A DNA stretch of 64,000 nucleotides from Naegleria gruberi. Taxonomy: Eukaryota. Position numbers and translations under genes: made by a program. Shown in pieces: positions 8,658 to 20,824 of this stretch. The notes below the pieces were generated by a model. It ran no database searches. It was not told the origin of the DNA and saw only the letters and a program-made list of their open reading frames with translations. Within the stretch, counting starts at the first letter, position 1. Every line of letters begins with the position of its first letter. The stretch lies in assembly GCA_000004985.1 (NCBI GenBank), contig GG738885.1; one strand, 5' to 3'.

Positions 8658-10473
8658 ATGGAAGAAGCAACATCATCACCAATGGTAGATTTATTCTCCT
8701 CTCAAAATTATTTCACTGTCGGATTGAGTGTGATCATTGTTTTGATTACTATTCTCTATATTAAATTAATACCAAAGAAACCAGCAAAATCTCCGCCAAT
8801 GGAAGGTAGATTTTTGTGGCCATTCATGGGAGTAGGAAAGAGATTCGGAACAGAGCCAGTTAAATTATTGAATGAATGCAAGAAAAAGTATGGTGATGTA
8901 TTTACTCTTCATGTTGCTGGTAAATGTTTCACATTCTTGACAGATGCTGAATTGTTTCAATATTTTTTTAATCCTGCAAAGGGTAATTCGATTCGTGTTA
9001 AAAATAAGAAACCAAGTGGTGAAGAACATAAATTGGCTATTAGTTTCGATCATGCTGTATTGGAATTTATTAGTAGAGTATTTGGAATTCCAGTTAATGA
9101 TTTCATGTCTCAACACATTACCATGGTTAATACTATGAGAGCTAAATTGAGTCCAAGCACAACTCTTCCATTCTATACCAAAGAAATTGCATCAAATTTA
9201 ATGGATGTTTTTGAAAAGACAACTGAAAATAATACAAATGTCATGGGTTATGTTTGGGATCCAAAGGGAACTGATGATCTTTTCAAAGCCATTACTGAAA
9301 CACTTTTTTGGAGTACTGTTAAGTCATTGTATGATAAGAAGGCATTCATTTCAAATGAACAAGATGCTTGTAAATCATTTCAAACCATTGATTCACAATT
9401 TGAAATTAGAGCCAGTGGTTATGTTCCAGAATCATGGATGAAGACATTCAAGGGATCTAAGGACTTTTTATTGAAGATGATTTCATCACTATCAACCAAT
9501 ATGGATGATACCACTCCTGATAATGAAAAGAGAATGTTCCAATTGCTTAGGGAAGCTCTCAAGGATGTTGTTGAGGATCAATCAACCATTGACCACTTTG
9601 GTTTGGCTATGCTTTGGGCCTCCCAAGCCAATTCTCTTCCATCATCTTTGTGGACTATTTGTTACGTTTGTAAGGAACCTGCAATTTATGAAAACCTTCA
9701 AAAGGAAGTTGATGAAGTTTTTGCCAATCATTTGGAAAATCCACGTGATTTAACATTTGAAAAGTTGAATTTATTCCCATATGTTAAAGCTTGTATTTAT
9801 GAAGGTAAGAATATGATTGAATATTTCCATTCTAATATTTAAACAATTATTATGATAATTATAATAATTACTATTCAATTAATTATTTAAATGAAACTTC
9901 AAATAGCTATTAGAATTATTCCACCAGGAATGTTAATTAGAAAGGTCATGCATCCAATTAAACTTCCAGATAGAGACATTATCATTCCAGAAGGACACAA
10001 TCTCTGTATTTCTCCATTCATTACTCATTTGGATGATTGTTATTATGATGAACCTCTCAAATATAGACCTGAAAGATGGTTAGAAAGTGGTGAAAATAGT
10101 TTGAGTGATAGAAGTAAGCAATTTATTGCTTGGGGAAGAGGTCCACATGGTAAGTACCTTCTTTACAATTTACCAATATTTTCACACATTACAAAAAAAA
10201 ATACCTCAAACCGTTTTAAATACTGAATCCTCCTAATAATTATAAATTATTTATCAACCCAATCAAATATCATGATAATTCCTCAACTTTATAATAGAAT
10301 GCCCAGGTAAAGCCTTCAGTATTGTAGAAATGGTTACATTCATTGCTCTATTCTTCTACAAATTTAGAAATGTAAAAATCAATGGTGAAATTCCATCTCC
10401 TGCTCTTCACCGTTTAATTGGTGTTCCTCATCCAAGTCAACCAATTTCAATTTCATTTGAGAAGAGAAATTAA
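8658..10473 (+). CDS. Cytochrome P450, clan 7-like (CYP7/CYP8/CYP39-type), 3 exons: 8658..9804, 9907..10149, 10298..10473; about 521 aa.
   Basis: The N-terminal TM helix is followed by PPMEGRFLWPFMGVGKRF and YGDVFTLHVAGKCFTFLTD, which resemble CYP7/CYP8 N-termini. The K-helix ExxR (ACIYEAIRI) spans intron 1 (GTAAGA...AATAG). PERW is present. The heme loop FIAWGRGPH|ECPGKAFSIVEM is split by intron 2 (GTAAGT...TAATAG). Both splices preserve frame across three track ORFs, with stop at 10471-10473. Confidence 0.8.
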
Positions 10474-11045
10474 ATTATGTAATACTAAATAATTCGAATA
10501 TAATTTTGATTGTTTTTTGTAATGAAGAAATGTTAATCAATTTTAATATTAGAAATGTTCATTGGTGTGTACATTGGTATTGTTGACTTTCGTTTACTTT
10601 AGTTTAATTGATTGAATGACAAGAGTGGATCTTCATCAGCACTTTTTTATCTCAACTATTGAACAGTTTTCTCTCGCGCTAATTTTAACGTTGAAAGTGT
10701 TGAACTTTTTGTAAACGCCCCACGTTTTTGTTTCGTCCAACTTCCCTTCAACTTCGATATTCAACCTGAAAATGCATGTATCATTCAATATTATTATCCA
10801 ATTTTTCATCGCACCAAACAATTTACTTTCAATCTTCCATGTAACCAGCCAGGTTCAACATTATCAAGAAGGATTCAAAAAATTCTCTTTACAACTTTCT
10901 CTTTCGTCGACTTTCGACCAGTTATTTCTGGAAAGGCAAACAAGTTCCTGCATATTCGTTCTAAAAAGCCAAGCAACCTAACCACCAATACGTGATTGTG
11001 GCATACTCTTTCCTGACAGTTGTCATTAAAAAAAAATCCCTAAAT

Positions 11046-13226
11046 ATGGAGCGTTTAAAATCCCTCTTTAAAAGCACACGAGAAGTAACTGATCTTCAAT
11101 CAAAACCAATAGAAGAATGGAGTGTAAAAGACTTTCAAGAATGGTTGAGAGAACATCAATATCAAAAGAAGGTTACACAGAGTAAGTGATTTTTAAAGTT
11201 TAATTATTCGAATATATAATGTTGTATGAAAGTTTTAAAAAAGGAAGAATGGAACGGAAAGTGTTTAATCGATTTTACAGAAGAAGATTTAAAAAAGCTA
11301 GGAATTCCAAGGTTTGTAATTTTATATAGCCTCCTTTCGAATAATTTTAATTTTTACTTTCTAATAACAATTTATTGATGTAATTTCTATTATTATCAAA
11401 ATTCGAATTGTACAATTATTATTATTATTAATATTATTTGGTGATGATGATTTTAATTTTGATGATTCTTTATTTCACATGTCAAAATTTCTTTTTAACA
11501 CTAAACACTTTTTACCAATTAATTGACAACATATATTAACACTTTTAATTGGTCTTTAAAACAGTGGTTCAGCTAAAGGTATAACCAATTCCATCAATCA
11601 ACTCAAACAAGAACAAATCAAAGCAGGACTTTTCCAACCATCAAGAGCATCCAATGCTTCACAACGTTTAGATAATAATTCCACATCAACTACAACCTCA
11701 ACAACAACAAACAATACTGATGATCCAAATAGTGCTGTTTCGAATAATCGTCAATCATCAGAATCGAATACTAGTACTGGTACAGCAACAACAGATTCAA
11801 CACAAAATGGTCATCAAGTGGTTCAATTGTTGGACAAATCAGAGGAGGAAGACAATTGTGAATCATCATCGGCAACAACAACTCAACAACGATCAAAGGG
11901 AGGTACTCTTTTTAATACATCATCTGGATCTGAAATGAATAGTACTTCTGGAGGATTAGCTAACGGAAGTGAAAGATATGTTGCTGCACCTCCATTTCTT
12001 GTTTCCTCTCTGACAGGTGAAGAAAAGAAGGATTATGACAAGTGTTTAAAGAAGGTTGAATTGGCTTGTCAAGATTATCCACCTTCTGTTCAAGCTACTA
12101 TTTGTCAAGATTGTATTTTCCCAGATAGATTTCAATATAGATATTTTAATCCACTGAGATTGTCAGATAAAGATAGACAAGTTAACAAAATGATGGAACC
12201 TTTCATTAAAGTTAAATTGGTCATTACTGAAATGGATACTGGTATGGCTCATAGATTATTGAGATTAATTGGTACAAGAATTCACAAAACTATCAAATCT
12301 ATGGATTACGGAATGTTTCACACTGCTCTCATTGTCGGTGTGTATTATGTTGAGGTATGTTGTTATTGTTTTTATTTTTATGGAACGTATTTGAATTTAC
12401 TTTCTAATTGAATGATAATATTATAATATCATCGTTACATAATATTTAATAATAATAATAATTATCTATCATCAATATGTTTGTGATGTGAATTCACATT
12501 TTGAAAAAGTGGGTCGATTCTTCACTGGTGACAGTTAGAAAGAAGAGTAGTAGCAAGGCAGTTTTTGCAACAGACATTGCAACAATTTCAGGACAAGAAA
12601 ATGTCGATAATGCTTTTAAAAATTTATCGGAATTGATTTGTACATGGAACAGAACACGTGACTATGATAACAAGTCATCAAATTGTCAACATTTTTGTAC
12701 TGAGGCAATTGAAAAACTTGGTTTAGCGTCAGCTTTTGATAAAATTGCAAATCAAGGACCACTGAAGGAATATCTCACAAGACTCAAAACCACAGGAGCA
12801 TGTGACATGTCATACAGAGTTAACGATGATGTTAAAGAAACATTATTGAATTCTGATAGTATAACTCCTGAATTGACTGAATTCTTGAAATCTTCTGGAA
12901 ATGCATTAACATTCCCTTCACACAAAATTCTCGATCAGTTCGTTCACATTTTACAAGAAGAAGATCCACTCTATTTTGAGAATGAACCATTCGATTATGT
13001 TTTACTGAAAGCTTACGACAGAGCTTTCTGGTTAAGAAGTCAATCAAAGGGAACCGGTGGCGTTGATACTTCACATTATTGGACAAATCCAAACACTGGT
13101 GCTTGCATGTGTCCATTCAACAAGAATGCAACCAATGTTGAAAATGAGGAAATTGTCAATTCAATCATTGGCAAAGATTTTGAACTTGGTTCTTATAGAC
13201 CTACTTATCCTGTGAGATTGGATTAA
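11046..13226 (+). CDS. SAM-domain protein with a C-terminal NlpC/P60-superfamily (LRAT/PPPDE-like) putative cysteine-peptidase/acyltransferase domain; 4 exons: 11046..11181, 11248..11311, 11565..12354, 12510..13226.
   Basis: Exons 1-2 give ...SVKDFQEWLREHQYQKKVTQ|KWNGKCLIDFTEEDLKKLGIPR, SAM-like. The donors are GTAAGT, GTTTGT and GTATGT. The acceptors are AAG, CAG and AAG. The joins link track ORFs 10992, 11818 and 12501 in frame. The C-terminal part has GMFHTALIVGVYYVEW...SSNCQHFCTEAIEKLG, the His...Cys (NCxHF) arrangement of permuted papain-like LRAT/PPPDE domains. Domain calls are from memory. Confidence 0.6.
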
Positions 13227-13398
13227 TATTTTGTTTCTTTCTAACTCTCTACATGTACAAAATAAATTTAAAAGCATTGTGTTCATAAATTTATTTATTT
13301 CTCTTCAATATTGACCAATACACATTCCAATACTTAATGTTCATAGTTCTTAAAGTTCTTAATATATTCCAGGAATATTGATTGTTAGATTGAAAAAA

Positions 13399-13632
13399 AT
13401 GTCCAACACTGATGATACTGATCATCATTACAAGCTTTTGATTGATAATATTCTTCATGATCGGAAGAAGTATCCATTCCTTGGTCATAATTTTGTTCGA
13501 TCTGCTCCGATTACAGAAGATGGAAGTGCCACTCATCATGATGATAAAAAGGATTTATCAATTCCTATTGGAGCATATGCTTTTCTATTGGATGAATTGG
13601 GTTCTTGGGAAGCAATTTATAAGAAATTGTAA
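13399..13632 (+). CDS. Small hypothetical ORF (77 aa from MSNTDD...).
   Basis: Short ORF in an otherwise empty 450-bp gap between genes. No motif recognised. Could be spurious. Confidence 0.2.
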   Translation: MSNTDDTDHHYKLLIDNILHDRKKYPFLGHNFVRSAPITEDGSATHHDDKKDLSIPIGAYAFLLDELGSWEAIYKKL

Positions 13633-13720
13633 ATATTTTAATATTTATTTAAATATTTATTTAATTAATCTTTAATTTAATTGATCAAGATTTTCAAATA
13701 TATTTGAAGATGTTTCAAAT

Positions 13721-16700
13721 ATGAATGAAGATGTTTGTCTTTTAAAGATTATTCCAACAGCAGAAGAAGTACAAAATGAAGATTGCATTGAAATTGGAGC
13801 TTCCAAATTTGGTGGTTGTCCTGATTTACCAGATTCTATCAATTGGCCACAAGGAATTGACTCAAATCCTGCCAAATTCATTGCTCAAATCAATTTGCAT
13901 GATTTGAGATTTTATCACAGTCCAAAAGGTGTTTTACCTCAAAAGGGATGGTTATTCTTTTTTGTTGGAGTGGACAATGCAAATCATTCACAAGATATGA
14001 AACAAGTATTTAGTTTTTATTGGAATGGATCAAGGGATGAAATGAAAAGAAGATTATCATCCACATTTGAAACTCCAACTCGATTGATTTTTGATGAAAA
14101 TTCTGAACAAGTGGAGAATGATTATCCAGATAGCTTTTCTTTTTATTCGAATCCAATTCAATTGTTTGGACATTCACTCTTTGTGACCTATCCAATCACT
14201 ACAATGCTATTGTATGCATCTGGTTATGTATTCTTTTTGGAAAGTGAAATTGAGGTAAGAAAGAGAAAGGGAATTCAATCCCTAATTAACAGATATGAAA
14301 GAAGGGGAACAACTGATTATATTTCACCAACGAATATTTCAATTCTATCACAAGAAGCATATGATAACAGTGGTCAAAGTAACACCTTCTTAACATTTGA
14401 TTCAACTGCGTTGATTTTTAAGAGATATAGCTCTGTATATCAGAGTAGAGTTACTGATTGGGATACAAATTCATTTCTGCCACCATTTGTTAAGAGGCAC
14501 GAACCAAGTAGAGAAAATGAACAGGAAACTGTTAAGTTTTGGAGAAGAAGTGAAATACTGACTCCTGGTCAAGTGATTTCACCTCCTAAAAAATTGATTA
14601 CTGCTAATTTTATAACAGAGGATCCGATCAAAACTTCAGTAGACGAATCTCTTCCTGATACAATTTTAAATAAGGACAAGTGTTTTAGAATTAGTTCTAT
14701 ACTAGCACCAGAAGAATGTGCAGCATTAAGAGTTGCATCTTTACCTTTCTATACTAATATCCAATCTGAATATCCGAAAGAATATAGAAATTGTGAGAGA
14801 GCTCTTTTAAAAAGTCAAAAGTTAGCCGACTTGTTGTGGGAACGAATTAAGCCATACCTCAATGAGAATGATTTTAAGAATGTGCTACCCTATGGTTTTG
14901 ATAATAATGGAGTGTGGAAACCAATGGAAATTAATCCGTGCTTTCGTTTTTCAGCTTACAAACCAGACACTTATTTCAAACCTCATAAGGATGCACAATT
15001 TGTTAGAAATGATAATGAAAAGAGCATTTTCACACTTCTTATTTATTTGAATGGAGTAAATCAAGGTGGTTCCACAACGTTCCTTCAAAAGATAAGAGAT
15101 CAAGAAGCTGAGGATGGATCTGGAATGACCTTTAGAGTTTTACATGATGAAAACCCTGAGGAAGGTTCTGTCATACTATTCAATCATGATCTCTATCATC
15201 AAGGTTCTGTTGTACGATATGAAAAGATTGTATTGAGAACTGAGATTATATTTAAGAGAGTTGATGCATTGAGTGTTCCTCGTTCTGACTATAGAAATAC
15301 AGAGGAATATGTCAAAGTTAGACAATTAATTGAGGAATCGAATGAACTGGAAAAGCAAGGAGATACCAAGCAATCTCTGTTGAAATACCTTCATGCATTG
15401 GATTTACAAACTAACATGTCTCCATCTCTTCAATGGTCAGATTTGAGTAAGAAGAGCAATGTAGAAAGATTACCTGAGGAAATTATTGGAATAATTTGCT
15501 CCTTCTTAACAAGTAGAGAAATTGCTAGACAAATGATTCCTCTCTCTATTTTATTGAACTCTTATTCTAGAAGTCCAATCATTTGGAAGGAGAAATATTA
15601 TCAAGAGTGGCATCATTCTTCGAATCCTGAAATTGAATACGAAGACAATAGTAATCTTGATGATTTGGTTGTTTACTTTAGTGATAATGGAATGCCAGTG
15701 GAATGTAATCGAAATGAAATAATTTACAATGAAAATTCTAAGGAATACAAGGATTGGTATGCAATGTTCATTTCAAGAAAGTATATGGATTTGTTCTGGT
15801 CTCCTGTTCTACTTGATCCAGGAACTTCTTCCTATCGTTATTCTCTACAAAATTCAGAGACTGCAGATAAGGATATTATGGTATGTGGTAAACCACATCA
15901 TCCACAGTAAGTTATTGAAATATTTTCCTAACTAAATTAATTAACAACTTTTCAGTTTCAATTTACCAGGATTTGGTATGTACGACATTCTTGCAGGGAG
16001 TAGAGCAGCAAACATTAGGAATTCACATTTGATATCTCGTCTTCCTCTTGTTGATGCTTGTGGAAGAATTGAAGATTATTTAAATTTCAAGACTTTCCTA
16101 TTTCAATTATATGAAAATGACTTGAACGTCAAATTTCAAACACATCCACTTGTGTTAGCTGTCCCATTTTCTTGGACAGAGAAAGATATTTTGATGGTTA
16201 AAAGAATAATTAATGAGCTTGGAATTCAGCTATCATGTCTAATAGACTCTTCCAAATTGATTGCTTACAATTATTCGAAACCTAATTGTATTTTATTGAA
16301 TATTTCAGCAAGTGGTACTGCTTGTGTACCAATCAGAAACTATGAGCCACTGAATGAAATGAAAATATTTGAGCCATTCAATGTTTCTTCCATTCCTCAT
16401 TCTATGAATTTTTGGGATAATATTTATGGAGCTCTCAGAGTAGTACTGATGGTGCCTCCAACCCCACTGGAACAATACGAAACAATGAAGGAAAAGTGGG
16501 AAGGTATCACTTATGGAACTAATTATGGAGTGGAGGTGAATTATAATCAACATGTATTTGAGGCAGAAACTTTACTTACTATTGGAAACCAATTGTTTGT
16601 TAATGCATTCAAAGTATTGAGAAAAACAATTAAATCTCTACAGATTAACAGTGATAGTATTGAGGATGTTTTAATTTGTGGCGGGTTTTCCTCAATACAC

Positions 16701-16880
16701 GGCATGAAAGATAGATTAACACGTGAAATTAGAGAAATCTATCCTAATCTCAATTTGGAATTCAAATCTGATGAAATGGAAGTTATTGGCGGTGCTAAAA
16801 TAATTTGTAACTTAGCAAAATTTAAACAACAACTTGAAGCGTTCCAATTAGACAACAATAAATTGCTTAATTTAAGTTGA
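13721..16880 (+). CDS. Large multidomain protein. N-terminal DUF1963-like region, then 2OG-Fe(II) oxygenase (prolyl-hydroxylase-like) domain, then F-box, joined through a proposed 49-nt intron (15907..15955) to a C-terminal actin/Hsp70-like (ASKHA) ATPase domain; about 1015 aa.
   Basis: Track ORFs 13721..15910 and 15978..16880 are in compatible frames. GTAAGT at 15907 and TTTTCAG at 15955 give an in-frame join ...GKPHHP-H-FNLPGFGMYDIL... with no stop. Only 67 bp separates the two ORFs, too little for an independent promoter. Motifs: GASKFGGCPDLPDSINWPQ (DUF1963-like), PHKD...LYHQGS...R (HxD...H...R oxygenase triad), LPEEIIGIICSFLTSREIARQM (F-box), RIINELGIQLSCLIDSSKLIAYNY / ISASGTACV / VLICGGFSSIHGMKDRLTREI (actin-Hsp70 fold phosphate and adenosine motifs). 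Confidence 0.5.
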
Positions 16881-16956
16881 AAGTTTGTTCCAAAAGTGTA
16901 AATTACAGTAATTCACGATAGAATTAAACGAAAGAATAGTTTACAATAAAATCCGT

Positions 16957-19071
16957 TTAAGGGTTTACATCTGTTATGTGTTTCGTGTAGGATTGAACTG
17001 ATTCCCATTTTTTGTAAGTAGAGGTTTCTTGTAATCTCTTAAATGTATCAGATAGGTTTAGCAATAAATCAGGTCCTAAACAATCCCACAGTCTTTCGTA
17101 TCCTATTTGCCCATCTTTATCACAATCTTTCATCAAAGCATAAAACTCCTTCTTACAAACTGATGGAATATTCACTTCAAACTTGGAATAAGGTTGTATA
17201 AACTGACTTTCAATATCTTTCATGTCTGTTAACCTTACAACATTACTCTCCTTCAATGATTTCAAAATAATATATAATTCATAATTCTCTGAGCTAAACT
17301 CCTTCTGACAATATTCCTTAAAAATCTTCAATATTTCAGAATTTTCCAATTCAATTTCTAAACTTTCATTCTTTTTCACATTTCTATTGGCTATCATTTT
17401 GTATATCTCAATAATTAGAACATTCCCACCACTCAATAACGTAAAACTAAAACAAGCCAGAGTGTTGAATATTCCTGCCAAAATTTGAACAATATACGTA
17501 TTTGATGAATCTACTAACAAATTTTCTAAACCTGATGTAATAGCAATGATGACAGGAAGGATTAAAGTGAGAAGATCGACTCTAAGATAAAAAGGATCGT
17601 CATAGAAAAAGAATTTTCTCAAACCATCTCGAATAATAGATTTTCTTTGAGTAATGACATCATATATTACGCTCACTAATCCAATAATCCAGAGCAGGAT
17701 AAGTAAAACCAATATTACAACTGGTCTATAAATATCAGCCAATGACTTATCTTCATTAATGAAGAAAAATGTACTGACACAATTTACAATAATGGACAAG
17801 AAAAAAGTCATGACGACTGTCATTAGGAAACCACCTTTCTTAGAAGCCATCATTTTCAATAATTTCTCTCTTTTTGGGAATCTAACTATCAGAGAATATA
17901 GATTCCTCAAAAAATAAAATTGTGCAATTGTTGTAATATATATAAAAAACCACCAGATCATTACCAATAAGGAAACACTATACCAGAATCCAACACATGT
18001 CCTAGATAAACCCGTGAATGTTATCATTAGAGAAAATCCTAATAGTGAACAGTATGGCAATCCAATTCTTCTGATCATTGCAGGCTTTTTGTAAAGTTTC
18101 AATCCAAAGAACAAAACAAAGTAAGAAAATACAATCAAGAATTGAGGTATAATCCAATAATCTAGAACTGGAGAGAAATCCTCACCAAAGCAGCCACTTG
18201 TCTCACACATATAGCATGTTGAAGGCAAAAGTAAAGAGGAAATTGAATAGTACGAAAGATCTGTAAAATTTGAAGAGAATTTTCCAACTTGTTGAGAAAT
18301 TATAGAATAATTAGCACTTATTTGAGTTCTTCCTGTAACCCCTTGTATTATTAGAAGATCTGTTTGTGAAAAGTTTGAATATCCAGAAAGCCATCTAAAA
18401 TTTTGAGCATCTGATACGTCTGGACCATCTAAACATGAAGTTTGTTCATAATCAAATAAAGAACTGTCAAGTGTTAATGATTTGATTGTAGAAAATGAAT
18501 AAACTTCGTATGGAATCAGTGGAAAGGCCACAAAATCACTAGTTTCCATAAATTTACCATCTGTCATTTGTACATCCCTGTAAAATCTCACATAGAAGGA
18601 GAAAATATAAGGATCCAGTAAAATAGAATCATACTTTCGCATGTAATTTCTTCTCTGGCACATGTCTACGTGTAAATAAATGTTCGAGAAGGTTGATGTT
18701 GTAGATGAATCTCCTTTTGTAATAGGTATTTGATAAATACCAAAGAATTTGGTTAGGTACTTGGTAAATTCAGGTCTTGTGCCAACTGTCAGTTTGTTGT
18801 TTTTCAACCAATTCATAATAAAATTTCGTGTTTCATCGTGATTATTCATAGATGCAATAACAGTCTGTTCATTGGATGTGAATTTGTTTTTCCACACAAA
18901 GAGTATTAGAAAAGTTCTTACACCAACAATTGTATCTCCATTCTTGATAGAAGAAAGCAGTGAAGAAGTTTGAGCGTGGGTCACACCATTCTTTCTTTCA
19001 CATTGAACTATTGAACAAAACGTGATTAGAAGTATGATGAAATACACTAGTGTTTGTGTTGTTTTTTTCAT
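16957..19071 (-). CDS. Seven-transmembrane receptor-like protein with a C-terminal RGS (regulator of G-protein signalling) domain, 704 aa.
   Basis: Signal peptide MKKTTQTLVYFIILLITFCSIVQC. A ~330-aa N/S/T-rich ectodomain follows, then seven hydrophobic helices (FLIVFSYFVLFFGLKLY ... IVQILAGIFNTLACFSFTLL). The C-terminal FKEYCQKEFSSENYELYIIL...IESQFIQPYSKFEVNIP fits the RGS core (EFSEENLxFW ... EVNL). Confidence 0.7.
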   Translation of the reverse strand: MKKTTQTLVYFIILLITFCSIVQCERKNGVTHAQTSSLLSSIKNGDTIVGVRTFLILFVWKNKFTSNEQTVIASMNNHDETRNFIMNWLKNNKLTVGTRPEFTKYLTKFFGIYQIPITKGDSSTTSTFSNIYLHVDMCQRRNYMRKYDSILLDPYIFSFYVRFYRDVQMTDGKFMETSDFVAFPLIPYEVYSFSTIKSLTLDSSLFDYEQTSCLDGPDVSDAQNFRWLSGYSNFSQTDLLIIQGVTGRTQISANYSIISQQVGKFSSNFTDLSYYSISSLLLPSTCYMCETSGCFGEDFSPVLDYWIIPQFLIVFSYFVLFFGLKLYKKPAMIRRIGLPYCSLLGFSLMITFTGLSRTCVGFWYSVSLLVMIWWFFIYITTIAQFYFLRNLYSLIVRFPKREKLLKMMASKKGGFLMTVVMTFFLSIIVNCVSTFFFINEDKSLADIYRPVVILVLLILLWIIGLVSVIYDVITQRKSIIRDGLRKFFFYDDPFYLRVDLLTLILPVIIAITSGLENLLVDSSNTYIVQILAGIFNTLACFSFTLLSGGNVLIIEIYKMIANRNVKKNESLEIELENSEILKIFKEYCQKEFSSENYELYIILKSLKESNVVRLTDMKDIESQFIQPYSKFEVNIPSVCKKEFYALMKDCDKDGQIGYERLWDCLGPDLLLNLSDTFKRLQETSTYKKWESVQSYTKHITDVNP

Positions 19072-19233
19072 ATTTACCCTTGTCTAGAATGTGACTGTTC
19101 GAACAACGTTAAGATATCAAATTTCACATTTAATTTAATTGTTGCACTTTAGGATATCACTACTAAAAAAACTTTGAACTTCTCCTTTTGAAATTGCTGT
19201 ACTAATTAAGCATTGTATTAAGACCTATTTTTC

Positions 19234-20713
19234 TTATTGATATTTAGCAAAAAGTAAACTCGAGTTTGTTCCGCCAAATCCAAACGAATTACATAAGGCA
19301 GCTCTCACATTAGTGTTGCATGATTGACCTTTAACAATTTGAATATTTGATTTTTCTATACCTGTCAAATCATCATCCAGAGTTTCAAAATTAAGAGTTG
19401 GTGGAATAGAGTTATTGTAAATTGAAAGAACAGTTCCCACAGATTCTACTGCACCTGCTGCTCCAAGCATGTGTCCAAGAGATCCTTTCATGCTATTCAC
19501 ATATACAGTTTGTCCACTTTCTGCGAACAGGGATTGGATAGCTTGCAACTCTACTTTATCACCTGCTGGGGTGCTTGTTGCATGACAATTTACATGGTCA
19601 ATATCATTCAAATTAATATCTACAATTGAATCATTCAAAGCATTCTTCATAGCTGTTATGGCTGCTCTACCATCTGGTGAAGGTGTAGTAGGGTGATAAG
19701 CATCAGCTGCTGTTCCATACCCAACAATTTCTGCGTAGATTCTTGCTCCTCTCTCTAAGGCGTGGTCCAATTCTTCCAAGACCAAACAACCTGCTCCTTC
19801 TGACATTACAAAACCATCTCTACTTTTATCAAATGGTCTACTCGATGTTTGTGGATCTGTAATACCAGACAATGCTCTTGCTCTTGCAAATCCAACATAG
19901 AATATTGGATAGTAAGAATTTTCACATCCTCCAGCAAGCATAATTTTACCTTGACCATATTTGATAAATTGGAATGCCTCTCCAATGCTATGAGCTCCTG
20001 TAGCACATGCAGTTGAGCAACTAACCATTGGACCTTGTAAATCGTGTTGCATAGCAATATAACCAGCTGCCATATTGTTCAAAATACGTGGATAAAATAC
20101 TGGGCTAACCTTTGTATGTTTCTGAATGATTTGCTTTCTAATGTTTTATATTACATTGGAAACTTACCAAGCTTTCAACCATTGTAAATGCTTCTCCAAT
20201 TTCAGCTGCAGCTCCAAGAGAAGAGCCCACAGAAACACCAATACTACTTCTATCTTTAATTGACTTGATATCCAATCCAGAATCGATAATAGCTTGATAA
20301 GCAGAAACCATACCAAATTGAATAAATTTTGATAATCTAGATTTTGTAATACTCTTATCTCTATTTGTTGATTCTGTAAATGCAAGACATTTTTCAATTG
20401 ATTGATCCAACTCTGATTGATCGATAAATCCACCAATACGATTTGAAATCTTACTCCAAATATTTTGTTCATTCTCAGTCATATTTTCGATTGGTACTGT
20501 TCTAATACCACACTTTAAAGAATTTAATTCACTCCACATCTTTTCAACAGAATTTCCGAGTGGAGAAACAACACCCAAGCCTGTAACAACAACTCTTTTA
20601 GGCTTTGGAATTTCCTTCTTTACATTAAATGAATACTTTCTATAGTGTGTATTATGAGCATTGATAAGTTTAAATGATATTGATTTTCTATTCATCATTT
20701 TACTATTGAACAT
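19234..20713 (-). CDS. Beta-ketoacyl-[acyl-carrier-protein] synthase (KAS I/II family, mitochondrial-type), 2 exons: 20168..20713 and 19234..20109 (minus strand); about 473 aa.
   Basis: Has KRVVVTGLGVVSPLG and ...AAAEIGEAFTMVESL|VSPVFYPRILNNMAAGYIAMQHDLQGPMVSCSTACATGAHSIGEAFQFIKYGQ... with the active-site Cys in CSTAC, plus HATSTPAGD, GHMLGAAGAVE and NSFGFGGTNSSL (His-His-Lys region). The intron 20110..20167 has GTAAGT and AAAG on the minus strand, with an in-frame join. The N-terminal basic leader MFNSKMMNRKSISFKLINAHNTHYRKYSF looks like a mitochondrial presequence. Confidence 0.85.
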
Positions 20714-20824
20714 GTTCCGGATTTAATTTGATCAAATTAAATATTATTAAAAATTCTGTGGTGTAAGCTTGATTATTCAAATTTTTTTTAAAATCTAAAA
20801 ATACAAAAATCAAATATTAAAAAA

